From IMG/VR virus record IMGVR_UViG_3300042356_002199: a DNA stretch of 64,000 bases; one strand, given 5' to 3'. Under the pieces are notes generated by a model. That model worked only from the letters and a program-made list of their open reading frames with translations, searched no databases and had not been told where the DNA came from. Positions 38,785 to 49,180 of the stretch are shown here, one piece after another. This DNA is from an uncultured virus (IMG/VR IMGVR_UViG_3300042356_002199). Taxonomy: Duplodnaviria; Heunggongvirae; Uroviricota; Caudoviricetes. The position numbers were made by a program, and so were the translations under genes. Numbering within the stretch: position 1 is the first letter of the stretch; every line of letters starts with the position of its first letter.

Positions 38785-41700
38785 ATCAAGCTCCCTGCTG
38801 TCGTAGTGAGGGTGGGCTTGTTTGTTTTTCTCATGTCATCTAACAATTCTTTTGCCGCTTTTATAATTTCATCGCTTATTGCTCTAATGAGTGTAGCTTC
38901 GGCCGAATCTCCGCCAATAGGGCTTTTCGAGTGAGAGCGCGGGTCTTCAATATTGAATCCGGTTGGGTGGGCAAATTTAACATTGTTAAACCCACGGCCA
39001 GCTAAATCAGTTTTCATCTTTTGTGAAGCTCTGTAATTTCTCAACATGGCCATACTTTCCGTGTTGAGTTGACCTCCACCGATTGAGTAAAAGTACTCAA
39101 TTTCTTCGGGGGAAAATCCGGCAGAACGTAGTCTGTCTGCGATTGTTTTAGTATTCACTACATCGCCGATGTCTTCTTTTGCAGAAGCTGCTTCAAGTCT
39201 TTTAAAAGGTATGTTTATTTGCTCTACGTCAGAAATGTCAAATCCACCAAGTATTTGCGCTTCGAAAGGCTCACGAGAAGAGCCCTCGGGGAGTTTGGAT
39301 TCAAATGAGTTTGGCATTTTGCCGTTTTTGCCGCGTGTGGCATTGACATTTGAGAAATCGTTATTTAACGATGCTGAAATCATATTGATGAACGCATCTT
39401 GTCGGTTGCTGTCAGCGCTGACTCCATCGGAGTTGAGTAATGCGTCCGCCACATCTTCACGATTTCTTGAGTTTAATCTCACAGGCCTATGGGCAGAACT
39501 GATTGAGTTTCCGCGTCCATAAGCGGTTCTTTCTGAGACACCGGGCCGCAAAACTATCTCAATATCGCCAAGGGCAGTCAATCCATCTCCAACGACATCT
39601 TCGTCGCCAATCTCAAAAACAGCATCTGGTCTTAGATTTCCAGAACGACCCTTCGTTACGTCTTGTTTCTTTTTATCCATGTGGGACTTATGCACGAGAT
39701 ATCCGCTTACTGGGAGCAAATCTCCGTCTACGGAATCCGGGATGCCGATGCGTGAATAGTATTCGCGTGCGTAGTTTTCCGAGGACAGTCCAACAGTGCT
39801 TCCAGGTTCAACTTCTGACTCGCGACTGGAAGACACGCCGACACCGCCTGTTGAGGAGCGAAGTCTCGCCCTGTTACCAACGCTTGTTCTGCCACTAGAA
39901 AGAGTGTCGGCTGTATCGGCATCTGGTGAATCTGCAGATTGGCTTGCATTCGCCGTTCGCTTAGCAGGCCTAGACAGCGCATCTTGCTGTCGCATTAGAA
40001 TCTCTTCTGCGTATTGAGGATTGTTCCTCATGCCAACTGAATCTATTTCAATAAAGTCGCCTTCAGCATAAATGTCGGCCGCAAGCGAATCCATACTGTC
40101 ATTGATTTCCTTCAGCACTCTGGCTCTTTCCCCAATTTCAACTTTCTTAATGTCGCCTTCCTCGAAATCGACAGCTCCAGTTAATTTTGCGTCCTTGAGT
40201 CCCAATCCTCTTTGAAGTACTTTTGTTAAAGTAAGACCGCTTACAATGTCTGTCTGAACTTCGTCAACATGTAGGGGGACTTTCTGGTCGTCGTCTACTT
40301 CTCCGTTGTAAACGGTAATAGCACTCCATCTATGATGTCCGTCGAGTAGGTATTTGTCCGAGGTTGCCAAAATAGGGTCCATCATGCCCTGAGCGCCGAA
40401 CTGTCTTCCAGAGGCCTTGGCAGCAGTGTCATCGTCGTCTTTTAGGGCTTGAACTAAGGCATCGGTAAACTCTTTAGTACCCCTCTTGTATTTTCCGCCT
40501 TCCGTAAGCGTTTTGGTATAGTGCTCGACGGCAGCCTTTAGTGATTCGTGCATTCCGTCAGTTTGCACGGCATCTAATTCCTGTTGGGATGGAGTGTATT
40601 CGGACGGGTCGACAGGAATATTTTCTTTTATTGCATCGTCACCCAGTTTTCCTCTTATTATTTCTTTAATCATCCCCGTTCCGTCAATTTCAGTAACGTC
40701 CCAATTCAGATTATCCATGACGAACTGTCTATCTTCGTCCGATATTGCGGAAGCCGATTCCGGGCCTTTTTTGACCCTGGCCATAATTTCTTGAAATCTA
40801 TCTTCGCCTTCCCACTTCTTTATGCCATAAGGGTCCATGTGCTTGTGTGTCACTTTTTTGAGAGGAATCTCTCCAGCGAGACCTAGCTCTGCTCCGCGAG
40901 TATTCGCTCCAACTAAGCGCCCACCAGCCTGTGGCATTTTTGCTCGTGGAATACCAAGATTATTCCCACAGAAGACGTTTTCGTCTCCATCGTAAAAATT
41001 GCAAAGATTTGTTTTGTATTTGTCGGTAAATTTGTTCAGGAAATTCTTTTTTATCACTTCCTGAAGAGCAGCAGGGTCTCCGCCGTTCTTGATAATTGTT
41101 TTCTCTTCTTTTTCTTTAAAATCAAGCCATTCTTTTTCGTTATTTGCAATAACGTCTTCGCCCATTTTTTTAATATCTTTAAAAAATTCTTCTTGAAGTG
41201 TTTTTGCAAAATTCAAAGACTCTTTTTGTTTTTTGGCAATGGCTTCATCGGAAGAGTATTCCAAGCTGACGTGATGACCAAGGGCCATTAACGCTATTGC
41301 CTGTCCGACGTTGTCGACCTTGTAAACGGCCATGTCTTTGGGGTCCGAGCTAGTGAATAAAGGCTTCAGGTCGCTTGGCTTTATCGAGTCACCAAAATCT
41401 TCTTTTAGCTCTTCGGGGGTGTACTCGTGCAGGGGCTTGCCGCGCGCGCGAATCTTTCCAACAACATCGCTGGCTATTTTTCTAGTTTCATCCCGAGCGG
41501 CAGTAGCTTGCCTTTCCTTGGACCTTGCTGCATAATCTGGATTGTTTGTGAGACCCACTGAGCCAAGTTGGATGTAATCCCCTTGTTCGTATTTTGCGTC
41601 GATTAAGCTTGGGGCATTATCTGTCAAGTCCTTGGCGATGTCGGCAAACTCGGCAGCGCTCATATCCTCAATTTCGCCGACTTCCCATGGATTTTCTGCC

Positions 41701-44700
41701 CCTAGGCGAGCTTCCTTGATTCCAAATGCATCTTGGAAAACCTTACCTAGAGTCAATCCTTCGATAATGTCTGTTTGTACTTCGTTTGCTGAGAGTGGCA
41801 GTTGAAGCTCTTCTGATAAAGACCTATTCCCGACGACTATTCCAGCCCATCTGTGGTGTCCGTCAAGAATGTACGAGTCTTTTGTTGTAAGAATTGGTTG
41901 CATAAACCATTCTTTTTTCATTTCTTCTAAATATTTATCTCTGAAATCTTTGTCAGATATCTTGGGATTATCTTTTCTTATTTTTTCTGCTACTTCAATT
42001 GCTTTTTCTTGAATTGTTTGAGCGGTTCCGTCTGCCTTGCTTGCCACTATTTGTTGCTGTGAAGGCGCATACTCGCTTGGGTCAACATCGCGACGTCTAA
42101 CTGCAGGACCATTTTCTGGGTCCGAAACCTTAATTAGCCCATTCAGCCAATCAATGAATGGTGTTTCAAGGTTTACCTCAGTGTCATTCCAGTTAGTATT
42201 TTCATAAAGCCACTCTTTCGCTCTATCTGAAAGTTTAGAAAAAGAATCTTCCCTGTGCTCCGCCGCCGTCTTTCCGCCCATTTCGTTCTTTAATGAGTGC
42301 TTATCGGCGATGATTCCGTACAGGATTCCAGATATTTCTTCATCAGATACCGGGGGCTTGCCTTGTTCTGCGCGTTTAGCATTTTGTTTTTTTACTGCCT
42401 TGTCCAGTTCGTCTGCAAACTCTATTTCAAGTCCCCTGTCTCTGGACACGAGCGAGTTATCGTTGGCGTCCTTTAGTGGTTCCCATTTGCCTGCCGCAAC
42501 GCCATTCTTTAGTGCGCGGATTGCCTTGGTCTTGTGGCCAGATGAGCGCCCATTGGTCTGAGGCATTTTTTCTCTGTCAATACCAATATGCCCTGAACAC
42601 ATGAGGTTGTTGGCAGGGTTGTATAGGGAGCATAGGTCGGCCTGATAATTCCCGACATACTCCCCCTCCATGGATTTACGTGTCTCGGGGTCATCTAGGT
42701 CTGCGTCTGGATTTCTCTTTGCGTAGTCTTCTTGGAATGAGCGCCATTTTGGATGATTGTCTTTTATGTGATTTTTTGCAACTTTTTTAACTTCTTTTTC
42801 AAAGACCTTCTGTGCTTGTTCAGTTAGACGTATGTCCTGTTCTTTAACTTCCACATGGTGTCCAAGCATCATCATTGCTACGGCTGTATGGACATCATCA
42901 ACTTCGTAGAGATTTGAGTCCTTCTCGCTAATCGAACTTCTAGCAGAACGCTTTACTACTCCGCCAAACTTCTTGGATATCTCATCATCAGACATGTCGT
43001 TGATATTTGTGCCGCTATCGATGACATCGTTGAAAACGTCCAAAGCCTTTTTTGCGATGTCCCCTTCTTGACGCCTGCGTTCGGCCAGGTTCCCGCTTGT
43101 ATCTATCGTTCTGCCTGAAGAAAGTCTTTCGGAACGTTCTTCTGGTCCCATTTGTGCAAGTCTCTGCGCTCTTCTTGTTGGACGAGAACTATCCGCTGAT
43201 GACCCAGAAAATGGGGAACGCACACCAGCGCCTGATGCGAGTTTGTCTATGTCTGAATCTGTTGCTCTAACACGCACTCTTCTATCGAAACCCTCATGCA
43301 TCCTGTAGGCGGTTTCAGCTGCCTTGGCTATGATTTCTTCTTCTGGCGTGTCGGCTATAAATTTCGCCACCTCTGGATGGATGTCTCCACGAGAGATGGT
43401 TCCATCTTTCCCGCCACCGCCTAGTACGTCTTTTATGTTTCTGATAATCGAGGAGCTTGCTGCTGTACGCGACTCTGTTCTTTGCTGACGCGTAGATGGC
43501 TTCCCTAGTACTCCATCGGGCCTGGTGGCTCCAGAGGAGAGGCTTGGCCCGGCGGGAGCATCATCGTAGTCGGCAAATGAGCCACCGGCATCAGTGACCT
43601 TATCTAAAGTTGCCTTACTCTTGGTGCTGGCAGACTCGTCAGAATCACTTCGTGGTCCAGGGCCCGCCTTTCCAGACGAGCGTCGCTTGGTAACATACTT
43701 GTCCGCCATGGCTTGGATTTTTTTGCCGTGACTTCTAGCCCAAATTGCGTCTGTCGTGTTCTTGGAGAGATTTTCTGCCAATGAGTCGACGACTTCTACG
43801 GTATCTTTTTGATATGAAATTTCTGCACGGATAGTTCCGTCGTTGTCTATATTGGTAATTCTTATCCTGCCTGGCGGAGCAACGAATTTCTGCTCCGAAT
43901 CCCCTCCCGTAGTCGGGAATAGTCCGCGGTCTTTTTCGCGCACGGAAAGGATAACGCGACGCTTGGTTGTTCCGGACTTGGGGTCACGCTTTCCGCGTGC
44001 CGGCATTTCCGTCTTTTTGGTTCTGCTTGTTATGACCCTTCCGGAGATAAACTGGTCCAGGCTGACTTCTTTGCCCTGACTTCTTTGGTAGCCAACATCA
44101 CCTGGTTTGAAGTCAATTATTGCTTCCATCTCAAATGGTTCGCCTACCGACGTCCCATCGATTGCCTCCATCGTCGGTATGAGTAGATTTTCTACCTGCT
44201 GAACGACATCTCCTTCTTCAGAAGATGTTTTATCTACCTTTAGGCCGAGCTTTTTGAGGCGTGCGTTGCGCTTATTTATTGCTCGGCCGGCTCTTGTTTG
44301 CGAAACCGGGTCAAGAAGCATCCCTACATCTGATTCCGCCACATCTCCGAGCTCCTTCATGGCCTTTTTCTGTTCGGGCGTTGCCTTTACTCGAGCGCGC
44401 TCTTTAGCGCCGTGCTTGCGAGCTTCGTCAGCGCTCTTGAATTTCTTTTTAGGCTTTGATGGTGGATTTATGGTGTCATTAACTTTTTTATCAAGGTCTT
44501 TTTTGATTTGCGCTTTAGTCCGCGTATCTCCTGCGGCCTTCATGTTCTCTACGTACTGTTCTCTAATGACTTCAATCTCATCGGCCAATTTCTTGAATTC
44601 TTCAGATGAGGGGTCGAGCTTTGAGAGCTTTACCTTGTCGTCAACCAAGAGGCTGATAGTTTTCTTTTCGGGCATTGACTTAACTCTGTCGCGCAAATCA

Positions 44701-47321
44701 TCGAGGTCGGCCCTGCGAGCAATATCTGCCATTTCTTTAGAATCGAGCAGGCCCTCCCGCTTACGGATAGAGTACACCTCATCTTCAAATCTCTTTTTTT
44801 CACCACTAGCGCCTATGCCGAACTTCTTGCGCCAAATTTTTGACGCCTCGTCGTATCGTTTTGTGTGAAAATCAAACTCTCTCTTGGCGTCCTTTACCGC
44901 TTGAGCCTTGAGTAGCTCTCTGGCGTCGCGCTCATCCTCAGGAAGTGACGGGTCTATCTCTATTGCCTCTAGTGATTCGACTTGTCTGGCACTAACGTCA
45001 CGCTGAGAGCCAATGATTGCTGCTTCTTCAAACATTTCATCTTCTGAAAATTTGGAGAATTCCGTTTTGAATCTCTTGATTTCTTCACGAATTGCTGCGG
45101 TGGCTCGCGCATCAATGTCTTCATCTGATACTGAACCTGGGTCAACGGGGTCCGCGGGAATATCAAATACGTCATCTAATTTTCTCTGACCATCTGTGTC
45201 ATCACTTGCCGTTCGGTCTCTTGCCGCCACAGAGAAGGACATGTTGTCCATCCACTCAAGAGCAGCGTCAACATCGTCGCCAAAGATAATTCCGCGTTCG
45301 CGTAGTGCCCAAATCTCGGCAGATGCTTCCAGCGCCCATACTTCCGAACCTACAGCGTATCCATCACGCGGGTATGCCCCAGCCAATGGAGCAATTGCCT
45401 GGATTCTGGTCATTGCGTCATTTAGCGATTCAATATTGATTGAGTCAGCAATGCCAGTCATTATTGACATAAGGTCGGAGCCTGTCAGGCTATTAATGTT
45501 CTTAACTTCACGCTCGCCAACAACAGCTCCTTTTTTATTTCTGACCGCAACGGAAATGAAACCTTTTTCTGTAATTTCTTTCTGTATTTTGTCCAGGAAT
45601 ACTTGAGATTGTTTGTGGTGAGCTATTTCATGGAGCATGATATGACTTGAAAATCCATACACGCCATCAAGGAGGCCGGCCATGCCTCTGGCCGTATGGT
45701 CTGCATTTACCATGAAATCAGCAACCGCAAGTCGTCCTTCTGCTTCGCTTCTAGCACCAATGGCGGATATTGCTAAACGCTCGTCTCCGCCCATGTTTGG
45801 AAGCATGGTTTCTTGATTGGCACTAATCATCCCCATGTTGATGTGTATTGCCGTTTTCATCCCATTTTGCGTTCTATAGAAGGACGTGCCAGCTTCATCA
45901 TCTGTCATGAAGTTGAATTCAATTCGACCAACCCCCCGCATGCTGCCTGGGTCTGTCATGAATTGGTCAAGCAAGGTTTCAAGCATTGCTCTCTGGGTGG
46001 TTTTGTATCGCTCAAAATCAGACTTCAATAGTCTTTCTTGTTCTTTACTAGAGAGTCTGTTCCAGCCAGGTGTAGATGAGAGTCTTGTTTTTACAAATTC
46101 TTTTATTTCTACATCTGTTAATAGCTCGTCCCCTTTTCCGGACACATCAAGAACTTGTACATCCCATCCAGCAGTGCCGCCGGTTTGCGAATGCATTTCT
46201 TTTAGTTTTTTAAGCGCCTTAACTGGAGCATCTGGGTCGTCGGCGTCAATCCCCAATGCGTCGTACATACGAACAACTTCGGCCTTTTGACGGGCGATAT
46301 CATCCTGACCGCGAATGGCTCCGTTTTTAAATAAACGTAGATTCTCTGGGACGGCAATGTTTCGCCATTCCGGTATTTTGACTCCCCAGTAGGCGCACTT
46401 TTCCGCAATGGCAGGGTCTCTCATCGACCTGGGGCCATGTATCCATCTGAAGAAGTCTGCCGCGTTTTGGCGCAATCCCGTATATTCGCCTTGGGCAGTG
46501 AGCTCGGCCGCCTTACGCGCTGCAAAGCGAGAGAATTTTGATGCACTAAATCCAAAACAGTTCGCTCCAGTGGCGTCTGTAAATTGATTTGCTGCAGGCG
46601 TTCCCGGAGGACATCTAAATTTATTGTTTTCGTCACGAAGGATGCCAAACACGGCTGCAGCTCGCGAAAGGAGCGAGCCTCCTGGAACTCTAGATTCAAG
46701 ACTACGGCCCGGTAACCTTTTTTCTTCTAGGGTGTTTTTTTCATTTTTTCGTAAGGCTTGTTGTTTTTCTTCGTAGGTAAGCCCTGCCGCCATCCCAAAT
46801 GGGTCAATTATTTTTTCAGAATCAGGTATGACCTCATCTGTCCTTGGATTTACCTTGTATTTGCTTAACTTTATTTTTGGCTTTTCCCTATAGGCCCGAA
46901 GCATTTCTTCAAATGTTGTCGTTGACTTATCTTCCGGCGGCAACCAGCCGAAGTTGGGCTCTGTGCCCATTCCCTCGCGAGATTGAAAAGGAGGGCTCAA
47001 GACAAGCCTCGAACCGGGTTCCCACTTTCCTCCCGTTTCCCATCTATATCCAAATTCATTGGATTCGACACCAGGTCGACTGTCTCCGGTGAATTCTCGT
47101 TTTTTCCCGTCGGTATCGACATCGGCTTTTACGCGTATGCCAAAACCTTCTGTAATAGTTTTTGTGACAAGCTCGGCCTGAAGTTTTCCAGTTGACAGAG
47201 ACGAGTTAATGGACTGCCTGAAAAGAACTGCCTTTTCATTGAAGTCGCCGCAGCACGAAGACGGCACCATGAGTTGTGCTGAAACTATTACTCTTTCCCG
47301 CATTGCTGGGGTATTCGCCAC
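38781..47321 (-). CDS. Giant polyvalent protein B (2846 aa): zincin, degenerate ART-like, tandem ParB/Srx-like and DUF3626-like modules
   Basis: MLHEIAHH; two PSQ...PIL...LDGHHRW units; PVSGYL...EIVLRP...FEAQILGG; 3 exact LSSG. Confidence 0.8.
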   Translation of the reverse strand: MANTPAMRERVIVSAQLMVPSSCCGDFNEKAVLFRQSINSSLSTGKLQAELVTKTITEGFGIRVKADVDTDGKKREFTGDSRPGVESNEFGYRWETGGKWEPGSRLVLSPPFQSREGMGTEPNFGWLPPEDKSTTTFEEMLRAYREKPKIKLSKYKVNPRTDEVIPDSEKIIDPFGMAAGLTYEEKQQALRKNEKNTLEEKRLPGRSLESRVPGGSLLSRAAAVFGILRDENNKFRCPPGTPAANQFTDATGANCFGFSASKFSRFAARKAAELTAQGEYTGLRQNAADFFRWIHGPRSMRDPAIAEKCAYWGVKIPEWRNIAVPENLRLFKNGAIRGQDDIARQKAEVVRMYDALGIDADDPDAPVKALKKLKEMHSQTGGTAGWDVQVLDVSGKGDELLTDVEIKEFVKTRLSSTPGWNRLSSKEQERLLKSDFERYKTTQRAMLETLLDQFMTDPGSMRGVGRIEFNFMTDDEAGTSFYRTQNGMKTAIHINMGMISANQETMLPNMGGDERLAISAIGARSEAEGRLAVADFMVNADHTARGMAGLLDGVYGFSSHIMLHEIAHHKQSQVFLDKIQKEITEKGFISVAVRNKKGAVVGEREVKNINSLTGSDLMSIMTGIADSINIESLNDAMTRIQAIAPLAGAYPRDGYAVGSEVWALEASAEIWALRERGIIFGDDVDAALEWMDNMSFSVAARDRTASDDTDGQRKLDDVFDIPADPVDPGSVSDEDIDARATAAIREEIKRFKTEFSKFSEDEMFEEAAIIGSQRDVSARQVESLEAIEIDPSLPEDERDARELLKAQAVKDAKREFDFHTKRYDEASKIWRKKFGIGASGEKKRFEDEVYSIRKREGLLDSKEMADIARRADLDDLRDRVKSMPEKKTISLLVDDKVKLSKLDPSSEEFKKLADEIEVIREQYVENMKAAGDTRTKAQIKKDLDKKVNDTINPPSKPKKKFKSADEARKHGAKERARVKATPEQKKAMKELGDVAESDVGMLLDPVSQTRAGRAINKRNARLKKLGLKVDKTSSEEGDVVQQVENLLIPTMEAIDGTSVGEPFEMEAIIDFKPGDVGYQRSQGKEVSLDQFISGRVITSRTKKTEMPARGKRDPKSGTTKRRVILSVREKDRGLFPTTGGDSEQKFVAPPGRIRITNIDNDGTIRAEISYQKDTVEVVDSLAENLSKNTTDAIWARSHGKKIQAMADKYVTKRRSSGKAGPGPRSDSDESASTKSKATLDKVTDAGGSFADYDDAPAGPSLSSGATRPDGVLGKPSTRQQRTESRTAASSSIIRNIKDVLGGGGKDGTISRGDIHPEVAKFIADTPEEEIIAKAAETAYRMHEGFDRRVRVRATDSDIDKLASGAGVRSPFSGSSADSSRPTRRAQRLAQMGPEERSERLSSGRTIDTSGNLAERRRQEGDIAKKALDVFNDVIDSGTNINDMSDDEISKKFGGVVKRSARSSISEKDSNLYEVDDVHTAVAMMMLGHHVEVKEQDIRLTEQAQKVFEKEVKKVAKNHIKDNHPKWRSFQEDYAKRNPDADLDDPETRKSMEGEYVGNYQADLCSLYNPANNLMCSGHIGIDREKMPQTNGRSSGHKTKAIRALKNGVAAGKWEPLKDANDNSLVSRDRGLEIEFADELDKAVKKQNAKRAEQGKPPVSDEEISGILYGIIADKHSLKNEMGGKTAAEHREDSFSKLSDRAKEWLYENTNWNDTEVNLETPFIDWLNGLIKVSDPENGPAVRRRDVDPSEYAPSQQQIVASKADGTAQTIQEKAIEVAEKIRKDNPKISDKDFRDKYLEEMKKEWFMQPILTTKDSYILDGHHRWAGIVVGNRSLSEELQLPLSANEVQTDIIEGLTLGKVFQDAFGIKEARLGAENPWEVGEIEDMSAAEFADIAKDLTDNAPSLIDAKYEQGDYIQLGSVGLTNNPDYAARSKERQATAARDETRKIASDVVGKIRARGKPLHEYTPEELKEDFGDSIKPSDLKPLFTSSDPKDMAVYKVDNVGQAIALMALGHHVSLEYSSDEAIAKKQKESLNFAKTLQEEFFKDIKKMGEDVIANNEKEWLDFKEKEEKTIIKNGGDPAALQEVIKKNFLNKFTDKYKTNLCNFYDGDENVFCGNNLGIPRAKMPQAGGRLVGANTRGAELGLAGEIPLKKVTHKHMDPYGIKKWEGEDRFQEIMARVKKGPESASAISDEDRQFVMDNLNWDVTEIDGTGMIKEIIRGKLGDDAIKENIPVDPSEYTPSQQELDAVQTDGMHESLKAAVEHYTKTLTEGGKYKRGTKEFTDALVQALKDDDDTAAKASGRQFGAQGMMDPILATSDKYLLDGHHRWSAITVYNGEVDDDQKVPLHVDEVQTDIVSGLTLTKVLQRGLGLKDAKLTGAVDFEEGDIKKVEIGERARVLKEINDSMDSLAADIYAEGDFIEIDSVGMRNNPQYAEEILMRQQDALSRPAKRTANASQSADSPDADTADTLSSGRTSVGNRARLRSSTGGVGVSSSRESEVEPGSTVGLSSENYAREYYSRIGIPDSVDGDLLPVSGYLVHKSHMDKKKQDVTKGRSGNLRPDAVFEIGDEDVVGDGLTALGDIEIVLRPGVSERTAYGRGNSISSAHRPVRLNSRNREDVADALLNSDGVSADSNRQDAFINMISASLNNDFSNVNATRGKNGKMPNSFESKLPEGSSREPFEAQILGGFDISDVEQINIPFKRLEAASAKEDIGDVVNTKTIADRLRSAGFSPEEIEYFYSIGGGQLNTESMAMLRNYRASQKMKTDLAGRGFNNVKFAHPTGFNIEDPRSHSKSPIGGDSAEATLIRAISDEIIKAAKELLDDMRKTNKPTLTTTAGSLM

Positions 47322-47334
47322 GTGGCGCCCCCTC

Positions 47335-49050
47335 TTAGTTGTCGTCTACGGAGTCTTCGAGCAGCTGAAACTCGACAAGAGACGCCATGAATTCTGCGTC
47401 ACTCAAATTACTGCTGCTTTTCTCTTCTCCACCGGCTATCCAGTTTGCTGGAATCAAGCTCTCTAACTTGAGGGCGCGAGCACGTTTCATAATGTGCTTC
47501 TTGGTTGCCTCTTTGTCTTTTGCTCGACCAAATGCTTGAATTGCATTACGCAAATCACCTTCAGAGACAATTGGGTAAGACCCGTCTTCCATGGCCATGC
47601 CATCTTTTGCCAAGTCCATGCGCCTCTCTTCCGAGAACGCATTTTTCATCGCAATTTCTGCCGCTTCGGCTTCAATTCCTTCAATCTCATCGGATTCATA
47701 CTTGTCGTAGCCGAGGACTTCTCCATCCAATGCCACGAATACGTCGTACGACTTGCCATCAAAGCCTTCTATTTCAACAGCATACGAATCAAATCCCTCA
47801 AATATATCGGGCTCAATCGCTACTACTGTTCCATCAATTGATTTAACGGCAATTTCAGCAGCTTCTGTAAAGTCAATTAATCTGAAACTACCGATGTCTG
47901 ATTTCTTATCGAATTCTGTCATGTCGAGTTTGTGGAAACCAAGAATTTCCGCAGAGGTACCATCAACAAAAACTTCGTTTACGGAACCATCTTTTACCTG
48001 TACATCCACAACGAACATATCGGCATCTGGTGAATAACCAGAATCAACGACTACGCCATCAAACATTTTCTCAGCGAGACCTTCAACATGAAGAATTCCT
48101 GGCATGCCTTTTTCGGCAACGCAGCCTCCTGGGCAGTCATCGCAAACTGGCGAAGAGCCACCATAGGCCTTGCGCTCAATAGCGCACACATAGCCTGTCG
48201 CACCAATATCGGCGACCTTCAGTCCCATGGACCCAATACGAGCGCGACGAATCTCTTCCCACTCAGTATGAAGCGGGGAGAAAGACTTGGCACCCATTTC
48301 TGCGTACTCTTCATCTTCCTCTTCTTCATCCTCGTCGTCGTCTTCTTCTTCGCCATCCATAGCTGGCATGGCGCCTTCCATGTTCTTTCGGCGACCCTTG
48401 ATGTGTCGACGGCCGTTCATCTTTACTTCTTCGTCCTCTTCGAGCTCTTCTTCGACTTCTTCTTCCTCGAGCTCCTCGTCGTCTTCTTCGCCATCCATGA
48501 CTGGCATAGCGCCTTCCATGTTCTTTCGGCCGGCGCGGCGCATCCGCATCATCTGCTTATATTCTTCGTCTTCGTCGTCTTCTTCCATGACGTCTTCTTC
48601 GTCATCCATTGCTGGGACGGCCATGCCCATGCCTTTTTTCTTCTTAGGCATTGCATACATCATTTTTTCGTCTTCTTCGTCCTCTTCGAGCTCCATGGGC
48701 GCGACCATGCCCTTCTTCTTCGGCATAACGGCGGCCATTTCTTCCTCCGTCATGTCTGGTTCATCGTCTTCATTGGCCATTTCCATAAGTACATGTCCAG
48801 GCTTTTTATTATTGCCTTTTTTCTTGACGGAAGCAGAGGTGGGATTCAGTAACTCTTCCTCATCCATCTCCTCGTCCGCTTCTGGTTCAGCAACAGCGGG
48901 CACCATCTTCATTTCTACGGGCATAGCTCCGCACTTGGCACATAGTTCTGCGCCCTTGACGAAGCCGCAATCTGCGACAGCGCCTTTTGCGCACTTAAGA
49001 ACATTGCCGCCACCGTCAATGCTTAGCGTAACTTTTTCGTCGTATTTCAT
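47335..49050 (-). CDS. Acidic low-complexity protein with two PepSY-like repeats (scaffold or internal head protein candidate)
   Basis: E/D/M-rich tract; EAAEIAVKSIDGTVVAIE...YAVEI...DVFVALDGEVLG; C-terminal DGSYPI...DLRNAIQAFGRA motif. Confidence 0.7.
   Translation of the reverse strand: MKYDEKVTLSIDGGGNVLKCAKGAVADCGFVKGAELCAKCGAMPVEMKMVPAVAEPEADEEMDEEELLNPTSASVKKKGNNKKPGHVLMEMANEDDEPDMTEEEMAAVMPKKKGMVAPMELEEDEEDEKMMYAMPKKKKGMGMAVPAMDDEEDVMEEDDEDEEYKQMMRMRRAGRKNMEGAMPVMDGEEDDEELEEEEVEEELEEDEEVKMNGRRHIKGRRKNMEGAMPAMDGEEEDDDEDEEEEDEEYAEMGAKSFSPLHTEWEEIRRARIGSMGLKVADIGATGYVCAIERKAYGGSSPVCDDCPGGCVAEKGMPGILHVEGLAEKMFDGVVVDSGYSPDADMFVVDVQVKDGSVNEVFVDGTSAEILGFHKLDMTEFDKKSDIGSFRLIDFTEAAEIAVKSIDGTVVAIEPDIFEGFDSYAVEIEGFDGKSYDVFVALDGEVLGYDKYESDEIEGIEAEAAEIAMKNAFSEERRMDLAKDGMAMEDGSYPIVSEGDLRNAIQAFGRAKDKEATKKHIMKRARALKLESLIPANWIAGGEEKSSSNLSDAEFMASLVEFQLLEDSVDDN
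48344..48530. repeat. Direct repeat of about 49 bp (48344-48392 and 48482-48530) encoding RKNMEGAMPxMDGEE
   Basis: Near-identical copies with 3 mismatches. Confidence 0.8.
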
Positions 49051-49180
49051 ACAGCTCCCGTTAGTGCAGGGAAATGACCGGGTAGACCATTAACCAATAA
49101 TGTATTTAAATTATAACCTATCACGCTATACGTGAGTGAATTAGGAACACCCAATACTTCTCTTTGATTTTTTGGCATCT

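Noticed and set aside
48088..49093. Long + strand ORFs (254 aa and Ser-rich 268 aa)
   Set aside because: Antisense shadows of the Glu/Asp-rich codons in 47335..49050.
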